In this document: piece after piece, positions 8,132-17,408 of the stretch
Layout of the letters: each line of letters begins with the position of its first letter
Position numbering within the stretch: position 1 is the first letter of the stretch
NCBI GenBank assembly: GCA_963668315.1
Contig: OY764216.1
Coordinates: 320,001 to 384,000, forward strand
Length of the DNA: 64,000 nucleotides
Source of the DNA: Spirochaetia bacterium
GTDB taxonomy: Bacteria; Spirochaetota; Spirochaetia; DSM-2461
Reading direction: 5' to 3'
Notes under the pieces: model-generated
The model's database searches: none
The model's input: only the letters and a program-made list of their open reading frames with translations
Told to the model about the DNA's origin: nothing
Translations under genes and position numbers: made by a program

Positions 8132-9928
8132 ATGAGCGATTCATCAAAACTGGAAAACATGAACTTCACCGGAGACTTCTCCGGCAAGACCATAGGGCGG
8201 ATATTCAAGCTGACCCTGCCCCACTGGCGCCTCCTGGCCGGATTCTCCCTCTGCATTGCCCTGACGGCTCTGACCGACGCAACGGGAACATACCTCTCCA
8301 AGCTGATCATAGACGACGGCATTCTGGCCCGGGATTATCCGCAGCTCCTCAGGCTGACCTTACTCCATGTGGGGCTTTTCGCCGCCGCCGGCCTTTTCGT
8401 CTTCGGGTTCATCTACTCCGCCGGAAGGCTGGGCCAGCAGCTCCAGTTCGACCTGAGGGAGAAGCTGTTCAACCACCTGCAGGAACTCTCCTTCTCCTTT
8501 TTCGACAGGAACTCCTCCGGCTGGCTTCTGGCCCGTGTGACAAGCGACACCAGAAGGATTGCCGAACTGGCGAGCTGGATGCTTCTTGATATCATCTGGG
8601 CGATATTCAATATCTCCTTTTCCCTGATTTTCATGAGCACCATCAACTACAAGCTGGCCCTGATGATGCTAATCATCGTCCCCCTGCTGGCCGTCGCCGC
8701 GGTGAAGTTCAAATCCTACATCATCAAGGAATTCAGAAAAGTGCGGTCCATTAACTCCCGCATCACATCGGCCTACAGCGAGAATATCAACGGAGTCCGC
8801 ATCGTCAAAGCCCTGACAAGGGAGAAAAAGAACGCCCGTATATTCGGGGACCTGACGGGAGAGATGTATCAGGCATCCTTCAGGGCGGCCTGGCTGTCCG
8901 GGCTCTTCATGCCCGTCGTCCAGTTAATCACCTCTCTGGCCCTGGGAGTCATCATCCTCTACGGTGGCTGGGAGATAACCCTGGGAGGAATGACCATCGG
9001 CGGTTTCAGGGCTTTCATCGGCTTCGTAACCTTCATGGTTTATCCCATCCAGGACCTCGCCCGGGTATTCAGCGAAATGCAGCAGGCCATCGCCAGCGCC
9101 GAGAGGGTCTTCGCCCTTCTGGATATGAAACCGGACATTGAAGACTCCCCCGATGCTCTGGAAGAAGCCTCTTTCAAAGGGAAGATCGAGTTCCGCGACG
9201 TGGACTTTCACTATGTTTCCGAAGCCCCCATCCTCTCGGGATTCAACCTGACGATCAAAGAGGGAGAGACCCTCGCCATTGTCGGCCCCACCGGCGGCGG
9301 AAAAACAACCCTGGCGAGCCTCATTTCCCGTTACTACGACCCACAGAAAGGCACGATTTATCTGGACGGCAAGGATTTCCGCCGGTATACACAGAAAGCC
9401 CTTCAGGGAAGGATTGGCGTCGTTCTGCAGACGCCCCACCTCTTCTCGGGAACCATATGGGAGAATATCAAATACGGGGCCCCCGACGCCTCCGAAGAGG
9501 ATATCATTGCCGCGTCCAAAAAGGCCCATGCCCACGGGATGATTCTGAATCTTCCCGGCGGATACGAAGAGCAGGTGGGAGAAGAGGGGACCCTCCTCTC
9601 TCTGGGGCAGAAGCAGCTGATCAGTCTGGCCAGGACGATACTGGCGAATCCGGATATTATCATCATGGACGAAGCCACCAGTTCCATCGACACTCTGACG
9701 GAACAGAATATTCAGCAGGGCATGGAGGAACTCCTGAAAAACAGAACCAGCGTGATCATCGCCCACAGACTGTCCACGATCAGAGAAGCGGATCGAATAG
9801 TTGTGATTGAAGGCGGCAAAATCCGTGAAGAGGGGAACCACAGGGAACTTCTGCGTCAGAAAGGACACTATTATCACTTGTACACGAGCCAGTTCCGAAA
9901 GGAGAACGCCTCTTCCATGTTGGCATAA
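8132..9928 (+). CDS. Heterodimeric ABC exporter subunit B (TM288/EfrB-like)
   Basis: TM domain, GPTGGGKT, degenerate signature LSLGQ, intact MDEATSS and IAHRL. Starts 9 bp after subunit A. Confidence 0.93.
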   Translation: MSDSSKLENMNFTGDFSGKTIGRIFKLTLPHWRLLAGFSLCIALTALTDATGTYLSKLIIDDGILARDYPQLLRLTLLHVGLFAAAGLFVFGFIYSAGRLGQQLQFDLREKLFNHLQELSFSFFDRNSSGWLLARVTSDTRRIAELASWMLLDIIWAIFNISFSLIFMSTINYKLALMMLIIVPLLAVAAVKFKSYIIKEFRKVRSINSRITSAYSENINGVRIVKALTREKKNARIFGDLTGEMYQASFRAAWLSGLFMPVVQLITSLALGVIILYGGWEITLGGMTIGGFRAFIGFVTFMVYPIQDLARVFSEMQQAIASAERVFALLDMKPDIEDSPDALEEASFKGKIEFRDVDFHYVSEAPILSGFNLTIKEGETLAIVGPTGGGKTTLASLISRYYDPQKGTIYLDGKDFRRYTQKALQGRIGVVLQTPHLFSGTIWENIKYGAPDASEEDIIAASKKAHAHGMILNLPGGYEEQVGEEGTLLSLGQKQLISLARTILANPDIIIMDEATSSIDTLTEQNIQQGMEELLKNRTSVIIAHRLSTIREADRIVVIEGGKIREEGNHRELLRQKGHYYHLYTSQFRKENASSMLA

Positions 9929-9954
9929 AACTCATAAAAATTATAATTTTCACC

Positions 9955-9983
9955 TTGACCATAGCGGTGATTCCTATTACATT
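9955..9983 (+). promoter_or_regulatory. Sigma70-type promoter of znuACB
   Basis: TTGACC (9955-9960), 17 bp, TACATT (9978-9983). Confidence 0.75.
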
Positions 9984-9995
9984 AGGTAGGACTAA

Positions 9996-10012
9996 GTAAT
10001 ACATTGTATTAC
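9996..10012. promoter_or_regulatory. Perfect palindromic operator GTAATACA-T-TGTATTAC
   Basis: 8-1-8 inverted repeat between the -10 box and the AAGGAG SD (10014-10019) of znuA. Confidence 0.8.
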
Positions 10013-10025
10013 CAAGGAGTTTTTT

Positions 10026-10991
10026 ATGTCACACAAAAAAAAAGGAATCATAACACTGCTTATTATGGCCCTCTCCCTTGCTATTCTGCCGGCAAACGGA
10101 AAAGCTGAGGAGAGCTCCAGTAAGAAAACCTACTTCGTATCCATTGTCCCGCAGGCATATATGCTGGAAAGAATAGTCGGCGAAGATATAGATGTGGCGG
10201 TAATGGTTCCCCCGGGAAAGAATCCCGCCACCTACGAACCCACACCCCGGCAAATGATGGAACTGGGCGAAGCTGAAGCTTTCTTCACCATCGGCGTTCC
10301 CTTTGAGAAAGCCTTCATTCCCACCGTGGAAAGCTCTCTCCCCAACCTGCCCCTTGTTGATGCGGCGAAAGGCATTGAGAGGCGTACGCTCGAAGCTCAC
10401 GATCACCATGAAGAAGGAGAAGATCATGCGAATGAAAAACACGACGAAGCTGATCATGAGGAGAACGGAGAAGCGGACAACGACGAAGAACACGATCACG
10501 AAGCAGGAACCCCTGACCCCCATGTATGGCTCTCTCCCATCCTGGCAAAGACCCTGTCTGAAAACATGGCAGCCTACCTGATCCAGTCAGATCCGGAAGG
10601 AAAGGAAACCTATGAAGCCAACCTGGCATCCCTTCTCTCCGACCTGGACGATCTGGACAATGAATTAGCCGGTGTTCTCGCTCCCCTCAAGGGAGAAACT
10701 CTCTTCGTCTATCATCCCGCCTTCGGATATTTTGCCGACCGCTACGGGATGCATCAGGAAGCCATTGAAACGGGAGGAAAAGAGCCCTCAGCCGCCGATC
10801 TGGAAAGGATTATCGACGAAGCGAAGGAAGACGGCGTTAAGGTGATTCTCGTCCAGCCCGAATTCTCCCAGTCCAGCGCCAAGGCGGTAGCTCAGGCGAT
10901 CGGAGGAGCCGTAATTTCCGTGGCGCCCCTTGAGAAGGATTATATAAACAATCTGAGAAACCTTGCCACACAGTTGAAGGAAAGCTTATAA
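10026..10991 (+). CDS. znuA: Zinc (metal) ABC transporter substrate-binding protein
   Basis: Signal peptide, P.TYEPTP, long His/acidic loop, DPHVWLSP, YHPAFGYFA. Confidence 0.9.
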   Translation: MSHKKKGIITLLIMALSLAILPANGKAEESSSKKTYFVSIVPQAYMLERIVGEDIDVAVMVPPGKNPATYEPTPRQMMELGEAEAFFTIGVPFEKAFIPTVESSLPNLPLVDAAKGIERRTLEAHDHHEEGEDHANEKHDEADHEENGEADNDEEHDHEAGTPDPHVWLSPILAKTLSENMAAYLIQSDPEGKETYEANLASLLSDLDDLDNELAGVLAPLKGETLFVYHPAFGYFADRYGMHQEAIETGGKEPSAADLERIIDEAKEDGVKVILVQPEFSQSSAKAVAQAIGGAVISVAPLEKDYINNLRNLATQLKESL

Positions 10992-10998
10992 TAGGGAA

Positions 10999-11784
10999 AT
11001 GGATTTAAAACCAGTAATAGAAATGGAAGATATCTCCTTCTCATATGGAGATACTTCCATATTCACCGGCATTAATGCCTGTTTTCACCGTGGTGATTAC
11101 GCAGCTATAGTTGGACCGAACGGCGGAGGAAAGTCGACTTTCATCAAGTTGATTACCGGTCTGCTGCCCCCCTCTTCGGGAAAGCTATATGTCTGCGGAG
11201 AGCTCCAGAAGCCTGAATCCCGAACCAACCTCTTCAAGATAGGCTATGTACCCCAATACGTCAATTTTGATACCCTTTTCCCCTCCACAGTCCTGGAAGC
11301 GGTTATTACCGGAACTCTGAGTAGAGGCTGGGGGTTTTACAAAAAACAGGACAGGGAAAGGGCCATGGAAGCCCTGAGGCTTGTGAATCTGGAGGATTTT
11401 GCCCATCGATCCTTCTCGGCCATATCCGGAGGGCAGAGGCAGCGAACCCTCATTGCCCGGGCCCTGGCATCCCGCCCGGAAATACTGATTCTCGACGAAC
11501 CCACAGCCAACGTCGACAAAGAAGTTGAAAGGCAATTCCGGGAACTCCTTTCCCGTTTAAATGAAAAATTAACGATCATACTCGTGACCCATGATTTCGG
11601 CTTTGTGGATCAGGATGTAAACCGGGTCTTCTGCATCAATAAGGATGTGGTAGAGCATCCCGTAGAACATGCGGGAGATCACTTGATTAATCACAGCTAC
11701 GGTCGCACGGTCAAAGCCATACGCCATGGCGATGCCGTAGAGCCCCATCACCACAAGCACAACAACGGAGGAACCGGAGAATGA
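10999..11784 (+). CDS. znuC: Metal ABC transporter ATP-binding protein
   Basis: GPNGGGKST, IGYVPQ, ISGGQRQR, LDEPT, VTHD. His-rich C-terminus. Confidence 0.92.
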   Translation: MDLKPVIEMEDISFSYGDTSIFTGINACFHRGDYAAIVGPNGGGKSTFIKLITGLLPPSSGKLYVCGELQKPESRTNLFKIGYVPQYVNFDTLFPSTVLEAVITGTLSRGWGFYKKQDRERAMEALRLVNLEDFAHRSFSAISGGQRQRTLIARALASRPEILILDEPTANVDKEVERQFRELLSRLNEKLTIILVTHDFGFVDQDVNRVFCINKDVVEHPVEHAGDHLINHSYGRTVKAIRHGDAVEPHHHKHNNGGTGE

Positions 11785-12614
11785 GCTCTTTTATTTCCGC
11801 CCTTTTAAATCCGGCGGTTCCCTTTATCCGATACGCCCTCATTGCCGGCATCCTGGCCAGCGCCTCCTTCGGCACGGTAGGCTCCCTGGTTGTTGTCAAG
11901 CGGATTTCCTACATAGCCGGAGCCATAAGCCACGCCTCCCTGGCAGGACTGGGCGTTGTCATGTACTTGAACGAGACGGCTGGCACGGCCCTGTCGCCTA
12001 TTGTAGGCGCCGTGGCTGCCGCCCTGTTAGCAGCGCTCATCATCGCCCGCATCACCCGGTCGGGACGGGAACGCTCAGATACGGTGATCGGAACGGTGTG
12101 GGCCGTGGGAATGGGTATCGGACTCCTGTTCGTCGCGAAAACGCCGGGCTATACCGACCCTATGAGTTATATCTTCGGAAATATTCTATTGCTGCAAAAA
12201 TCAGATCTGGTATTAATCACCGTTATGGATGTCCTGGTACTGGCTTCCATCGTTTTTTTCTACAGAGCCTTCCATGCGGTGGCTTTCGACGAAGAGTTCG
12301 CCCGGACCAGGGGATTGAATACGAATTTCTACGAAACTTTCCTTATTATCCTCACCGCCCTGACCGTAGTGCTCATGGTATCCACGGTGGGAATCGTCAT
12401 GGTAATAGCTCTTCTGACCATACCCGCTGCTATAAGCGGGATTTTCACGGGCAAACTCTGGCAAATGATGATAGGGGCTGTCATAGTCGGCATCATCCTG
12501 AACTCGACGGGCCTCTTCATCAGCTACAGCCTTAACCTGCCCACAGGCTCTACGACGATTGTGCTGGCAGGGGCGGTCTATCTGGTTCTCAAGGGTATGA
12601 AACGCAGATCATGA
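11781..12614 (+). CDS. znuB: Metal ABC transporter permease
   Basis: AISHASLAG, YIFGNIL, AFDEEFA, VGIVMVIALL.IPA (ABC-3 family). ATGA overlap with znuC. Confidence 0.92.
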   Translation: MSSFISALLNPAVPFIRYALIAGILASASFGTVGSLVVVKRISYIAGAISHASLAGLGVVMYLNETAGTALSPIVGAVAAALLAALIIARITRSGRERSDTVIGTVWAVGMGIGLLFVAKTPGYTDPMSYIFGNILLLQKSDLVLITVMDVLVLASIVFFYRAFHAVAFDEEFARTRGLNTNFYETFLIILTALTVVLMVSTVGIVMVIALLTIPAAISGIFTGKLWQMMIGAVIVGIILNSTGLFISYSLNLPTGSTTIVLAGAVYLVLKGMKRRS

Positions 12615-12624
12615 GAACAGACGG

Positions 12625-12891
12625 TTACTCCTCATCCTTTACATGGCAGACGATATGAACCGCATGGCAGTCCTCGCAAACCTCCACTTCGTGGGTCCGG
12701 GTAAATTCATCCCAGTGATGTTTCTGCTGGGGTGTGATAATCCCCGTTCCCAGGCAGAGGGGGCAGGTATTGTCCAGAGCGTTCAGAAGCGCTTTGCGGA
12801 TAAACTCGGACCGGTTGGGGATTTCCCGGATGATCTTCCCCAGCTGCCCGTCAACCTTAAAGGAGATAACCTCCTGTTTCGTCTCTTTCAT
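12625..12891 (-). CDS. Ribbon-helix-helix (CopG-like) regulator with Cys/His-rich C-terminal domain
   Basis: VISFKVD strand, helix, NRSEFIRKAL RHH motif, then CPLC..HH..H..CEDCH..H..CH. Has its own TTGACA-16-TAGAAT promoter. Confidence 0.8.
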   Translation of the reverse strand: MKETKQEVISFKVDGQLGKIIREIPNRSEFIRKALLNALDNTCPLCLGTGIITPQQKHHWDEFTRTHEVEVCEDCHAVHIVCHVKDEE

Positions 12892-12897
12892 CCCTCC

Positions 12898-12960
12898 ATT
12901 CTAGAGACCCTGTATATTTTGTCAAGAACGATTGATGTTATCCCTTACCCGTGGCATACT
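12898..12960. promoter_or_regulatory. Back-to-back promoters, both apparently leaderless
   Basis: Minus: TTGACA (12920-25)-16-TAGAAT (12898-903)-6 nt-ATG. Plus: TTGATG (12932-37)-17-CATACT (12955-60)-7 nt-ATG 12968. Confidence 0.7.
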
Positions 12961-12967
12961 GGAAGAT

Positions 12968-13825
12968 ATGTCATATACCATTGTCATTCATAGCGGAAAA
13001 GCCCATATGGACGAGCTGCTCGCCTCATCCCTTCTCCGTCTCCATAAGGGAGAACCGCCGGAAAAGGTGGAAAGGATTTTTTCCGACGAAGCGGCACAGC
13101 GGGTCCGGGAGGGAAAAACCGGAAAGGATATCTATTACCTTGACTGCGGCCTGGTCCACGATCCGGAACGCAATCTTTTCGACCATCATCAGGACCGGAA
13201 TCTGGACAGTGCCGCAGCGCTTGTCTTCAGGGAATTCTTTCCCGACAAGAGAGAGACCGAACTATACGATTATATAAAGCTGATTTCCCGCGTGGATAAC
13301 GGAGGGGCCAAAAGCCTTAATGACTTCGATCTTCTGGACGAGAGCCGGTTCTACTTTCTCACGGGGCAGAAGCTCATGCTCAAGGGGTTCGAATCGGATC
13401 CGGCCGGCATGATCGAGCTCCTTGCCTCGGCCCTGGAGGACAATCTGGCCTTCGAAGAACAGAAGGCCCTGGGCCGGGAATGGATAGAGAACAAGGACAA
13501 CGTAACCATAAAAATGATCCACGGCTGCCTGGCCCTGCAGTTCAACAAACGCCCCCCCACCGAACTGATCGTTCCCGTCAGGGCCGTCGATGACGAGATT
13601 GTCGACAAGCACAAGGTGGAGGTCATCTACTCCTTCGACGACCGGGACGAGACGGCCCGCACCCTTTTCCGGACCTTCCACGGTCACGAGAAGCTGGACT
13701 TCACCCGGTCCCGCCCCCGGAATCTGCAATTCTGCCACCAGAGCGGTTTTCTCATGAAGTTCGTCCCCGCCTCTGAGGAGGAGTGGATAGAACTGGTAAA
13801 ACAGTCCCTGGAGGAAGGGGAATGA
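12968..13825 (+). CDS. MYG1-like metal-dependent hydrolase (DHH superfamily)
   Basis: IHSGKAHMDE..A, LDCG..HD.....FDHHQ, SAA.LV, VDNG motifs. Confidence 0.75.
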   Translation: MSYTIVIHSGKAHMDELLASSLLRLHKGEPPEKVERIFSDEAAQRVREGKTGKDIYYLDCGLVHDPERNLFDHHQDRNLDSAAALVFREFFPDKRETELYDYIKLISRVDNGGAKSLNDFDLLDESRFYFLTGQKLMLKGFESDPAGMIELLASALEDNLAFEEQKALGREWIENKDNVTIKMIHGCLALQFNKRPPTELIVPVRAVDDEIVDKHKVEVIYSFDDRDETARTLFRTFHGHEKLDFTRSRPRNLQFCHQSGFLMKFVPASEEEWIELVKQSLEEGE

Positions 13826-14631
13826 AACGGGATCCCCAGGTAGGCTACCCCCTCGTGGAAGGGCTTTTTTATCCCGCCGACAAGGACGCTCTCTCAGAAA
13901 AGATCGATTCCCTTCTCAAAGGGGAAAAGGGCGATTCTCCCGCTGTCATTCTGCCCCATGCCGCTTACGAGATTACGGGAGAGGCCTGCGGCCGGGCGTT
14001 CTGTGGCTGCTCGGAAAGAAAGGTATCCCGTATTCTGATTCTGGCCCCCGCACACAGGGAGCCTGAGCCCCGGGCGGCTCTTCCCGGTTACAAAAGCTTT
14101 TCCACACCCCTGGGAGAGATTTTCACCGATGAAGAAATGCTGGAAAAACTCAAAGCGGCCACGCCCCTTTTCAGGGAAGATCCCATGCCCTTTGAAGAGG
14201 AGCACAGCCTGGAACTCATCTATCCCTTTCTCATTAAAATGTTTCCCGGAGTTCCGGTCGTTCCCGTTCTGCTGGGTAGCGTGAAAAAGGAAGGGATGAA
14301 GGAGCTGGCAAAGAGCCTGCGCGAAACTTTCCTGCCTGAAAAATCCGGACTCCTCACTGTTATTTCCTCGAACATGAGCCGCTTCATCACCCCCTCTGCC
14401 GCCGAAAGGGAAGCGGACAGTTTTACAAAGTTTGTGACGGACGCCCCTCTTTCAGAAAAGGAGCGGCAGGAAATATCGGCCTGCGGCATGAACTGTGTTG
14501 ATCTCTTCAGCAAAGCCGGTCTTTACGAAGGCCGATTCCGTGAAGGAGAACGGTTCTTCAAGACGGCAAGGGAAAACAGAAAAGAAGCGGCCGTGCATTA
14601 CGGTACGTTTCTCTATAGCGAAAATACCTAG
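13822..14631 (+). CDS. amrB: AmmeMemoRadiSam protein B (MEMO1 family)
   Basis: G.FYP, LPHAAY, LAPAH, TPLG, EEHSLE..PFL, ACG. ATGA overlap with the MYG1-like gene. Confidence 0.85.
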   Translation: MKRDPQVGYPLVEGLFYPADKDALSEKIDSLLKGEKGDSPAVILPHAAYEITGEACGRAFCGCSERKVSRILILAPAHREPEPRAALPGYKSFSTPLGEIFTDEEMLEKLKAATPLFREDPMPFEEEHSLELIYPFLIKMFPGVPVVPVLLGSVKKEGMKELAKSLRETFLPEKSGLLTVISSNMSRFITPSAAEREADSFTKFVTDAPLSEKERQEISACGMNCVDLFSKAGLYEGRFREGERFFKTARENRKEAAVHYGTFLYSENT

Positions 14632-17309
14632 AGCAGCCTCTGGTTGCCCGGTCCGAATAGACCGTTGCGCCCGTTGTGCTTCGCCATGTAAGCCCGCCCG
14701 TCCGCCGCATTGAAGATGGATGAAACCGAACGGAGCCTGTCTTCACAGGAGTGGGCGGCTCCGGCGCTTATTCTGAGCTTGATGGGCCTGACAAATACTT
14801 TTTTCCCTATCCGGGCCATGATTTCCGTACGGATACGGTCAGTGGTCAGATTATCCATCTGAAGGGAAAGGAAAAGATCGACAATAAGGGAAAACTCCTT
14901 GTCTACGGTGGTAAATATCTTATTTTTCTGAATCTTTTTCGTCACGGTATCCAGAAAATAGGAAACAACAGCTCCGTCTCCCCTATCCAGGTCTTCTGCG
15001 GTCACACCGTCTATTTCACGGCGATAATACTCGTACAGCCGGATCAGCCTCTCCCTGGGCGGGGCGCCCTTCTTTTCCGTATATTCCAGGCCGCCGCCCC
15101 GGACTCCCCCCACGTCTGGCCTGAGAAGCCGGTGGAGAAAGGAGATGCAATTGATTTCGAAGCCATCCCCGACGGACCGGTCGTCAAGAAAAAAACTTGT
15201 CTTCAGCTCCTGATCCCGGATGGCGGAGAACAGATCACAGACCTGCTCCTGGAACACGTCCATACTCTTTTCCCTTACGGCGAAGCAGAATTCATCACCG
15301 CCGAAACGGCCCGCCAGAGTTTCCGCTTCCATGGGGCTGCTTTTCTCAAGCATGATGGAGGCTAGCTCCATAAGCAGCTTATCTCCGAAGGAGTGACTGA
15401 CGGCATCGTTATAGATCTTGAATGTATCCATATCGATAAACATCAGCCCGAAAGCCTCTCCCCTATCAAAAAGAAAGTCGAGACGCTTGCTGAATGTCTG
15501 CCTGTTGTAGAGACCGGTCAGCCTATCCCGGGAGCCTCTCATTGCCGTTATGCCCGACTCAAGATTCTGGTCCAGAGAAAATATCAGATCAAAAAAGAGG
15601 GAGAAATACTTAACCATCCTCCCTACTATCTTGGGAACGGAACCGGTGGCGATCCATTCATCATCGTGGGAGAGACGGGTGACCAGATCATTGGTAATCA
15701 TACCTGTGTTGCCCGATAAACTCCACAGGGCGATTCTGTCCAGACCCCTGTGGGGCCAGCGGAGCCCGTATTGAAGAAAAACGGTCCGGACAATCCGTTC
15801 TACCGCCGTTCCTCCCAGATACCCTTCCTCTTCCCTTTCCATGGGAATCTTGAAATAGAAGCGGATATCTTCCCCTATCTGCTCAAGGATTCTGAACTCG
15901 ATATAATTCCCTTCCATCTTGGACTCCTTCGTCAGGGGGGTGTCCACGAGGGTATAGAGATCGGATTCATCCTGATCAAGGTCCTTGAAGATTCTGAGCA
16001 TTTTGGTAAAATCCGAATCTCCCGCATAAACGACCGCATCCCGGATAGAGTAGATCCACTTGATCACCGACAGAGACTGATTGATGATCCGGTTGATATT
16101 CTCTCCGGAGTTTCTATTCCTGATGCGGAGAGCTTCCAGGAAAAGATGGCGCTTAAGCGCCCGGTTGGCCTCTTCCATCTGCAGAATGGGTATGACGGTC
16201 TCGATAACACGGGCCAGAGACTCTTTGAGCATTTTAATAAAACTGTGGAGGAGCACACTGGTGCGCGGGTCGATATTGTTAACGCTCCTGCTTCTCATAT
16301 AGATGTCCATGGTAATGGGCTCACCGGAAAACTGGCTGTATACGAGCTGAACGTTCCGGGCCAGGAATTCCCGGGAAAGATCGAAAACCGGGGGCAGCTC
16401 TTCGGTATAATCCCTGTAGGACCAGGAGGGCTCGCCCGTATCGCCGAGATGGCAGCTGAAGGAGCCCTGGGCAAAGCGGTACTCTCCCTCCTGGGAGTGG
16501 ATCTGAAGGGAAAAATAGTCAAGGTCGAAGAGGGACCATGTATCGCTGAAAAGATTCTCCAGTATCTCCGTGAAATTCTTGCGCCTGTCCTGCCCTTTCT
16601 GCCAGACCTCCCGCTCTATGGAAAAGGAGGAAATAATCTGAAAGAAATTCTCCATCTGCTCCTGATATATCAGCGTCAGCCTGAGCTGGATGAGCTCCAG
16701 AAGTTCCTGGGAGGGAATATAGAAAAAATCGACATAGAGGAAGCGGTTGCCTATACGGAAGATATAATCCCGGGATGACCGGGTTACCTGGGGAACCGGC
16801 TGGGCCCGCTTATCGTAGAGCAGGTAGGCCTCCCGGGAGGTCCAGTTACCCTCGCCGTCCTTCCCTACTTCCAGTTCCCGTTTAAGCAGCCTGTCCAGAC
16901 CGTTGAAAACAATCCTTTCAAAATCACGGCTGCGTCCCAGAATGAAATCGTCGAATGAGGTGACAAGAGTCTTGGTCTTGAAACGGATATGACCTTTTTT
17001 GGACTCGGCGTAACCATACTCCCTGAGCAGTTCGAATACTTCCTGCGCCCGGGAGCCGAAAAGACGTGATAAATCGGCCGTGCTGAAGAGATTATCCCTC
17101 TTTCTCTTATTGAAATCCAGTGAATACCGTTTGATCTCTTTCAGCTCAATGTAACTGCCGTAGTGAATAACATTATATTCCCTGATAACATCGATCTGAG
17201 GGATGGTGCGAAGAAGCTGTTCAATGGTATAGCTCCTTTCTCCGCTTAATGAAAGAACTTCCTCAGGCTTTTCCTGGTCGTCTAATATGATGTTTTCCTG
17301 ATCACCCAC
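14628..17309 (-). CDS. Large soluble GGDEF-domain protein with an insertion in the cyclase domain
   Basis: DRLTGLYNR, FIDMDTFK.YND..SH..GD, RFGGDEF, ISAG, AD..AY.AK..GRN. The N-terminal ~590 aa are unrecognised. Confidence 0.85.
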   Translation of the reverse strand: MGDQENIILDDQEKPEEVLSLSGERSYTIEQLLRTIPQIDVIREYNVIHYGSYIELKEIKRYSLDFNKRKRDNLFSTADLSRLFGSRAQEVFELLREYGYAESKKGHIRFKTKTLVTSFDDFILGRSRDFERIVFNGLDRLLKRELEVGKDGEGNWTSREAYLLYDKRAQPVPQVTRSSRDYIFRIGNRFLYVDFFYIPSQELLELIQLRLTLIYQEQMENFFQIISSFSIEREVWQKGQDRRKNFTEILENLFSDTWSLFDLDYFSLQIHSQEGEYRFAQGSFSCHLGDTGEPSWSYRDYTEELPPVFDLSREFLARNVQLVYSQFSGEPITMDIYMRSRSVNNIDPRTSVLLHSFIKMLKESLARVIETVIPILQMEEANRALKRHLFLEALRIRNRNSGENINRIINQSLSVIKWIYSIRDAVVYAGDSDFTKMLRIFKDLDQDESDLYTLVDTPLTKESKMEGNYIEFRILEQIGEDIRFYFKIPMEREEEGYLGGTAVERIVRTVFLQYGLRWPHRGLDRIALWSLSGNTGMITNDLVTRLSHDDEWIATGSVPKIVGRMVKYFSLFFDLIFSLDQNLESGITAMRGSRDRLTGLYNRQTFSKRLDFLFDRGEAFGLMFIDMDTFKIYNDAVSHSFGDKLLMELASIMLEKSSPMEAETLAGRFGGDEFCFAVREKSMDVFQEQVCDLFSAIRDQELKTSFFLDDRSVGDGFEINCISFLHRLLRPDVGGVRGGGLEYTEKKGAPPRERLIRLYEYYRREIDGVTAEDLDRGDGAVVSYFLDTVTKKIQKNKIFTTVDKEFSLIVDLFLSLQMDNLTTDRIRTEIMARIGKKVFVRPIKLRISAGAAHSCEDRLRSVSSIFNAADGRAYMAKHNGRNGLFGPGNQRLL

Positions 17310-17408
17310 TGAAACAGTATAGAGTATTGTCTTTTTTTTTTCGACATATTTTATTTTTTTCTTACGTATACTTTAAAAAAACAGTATTATATACCCAGAG
17401 GTTTTTTA

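Noticed and set aside
14784..15191. Intein in the GGDEF protein
   Set aside because: No N-terminal Cys/Ser block, no C-terminal His-Asn followed by a nucleophile, and no LAGLIDADG motif.
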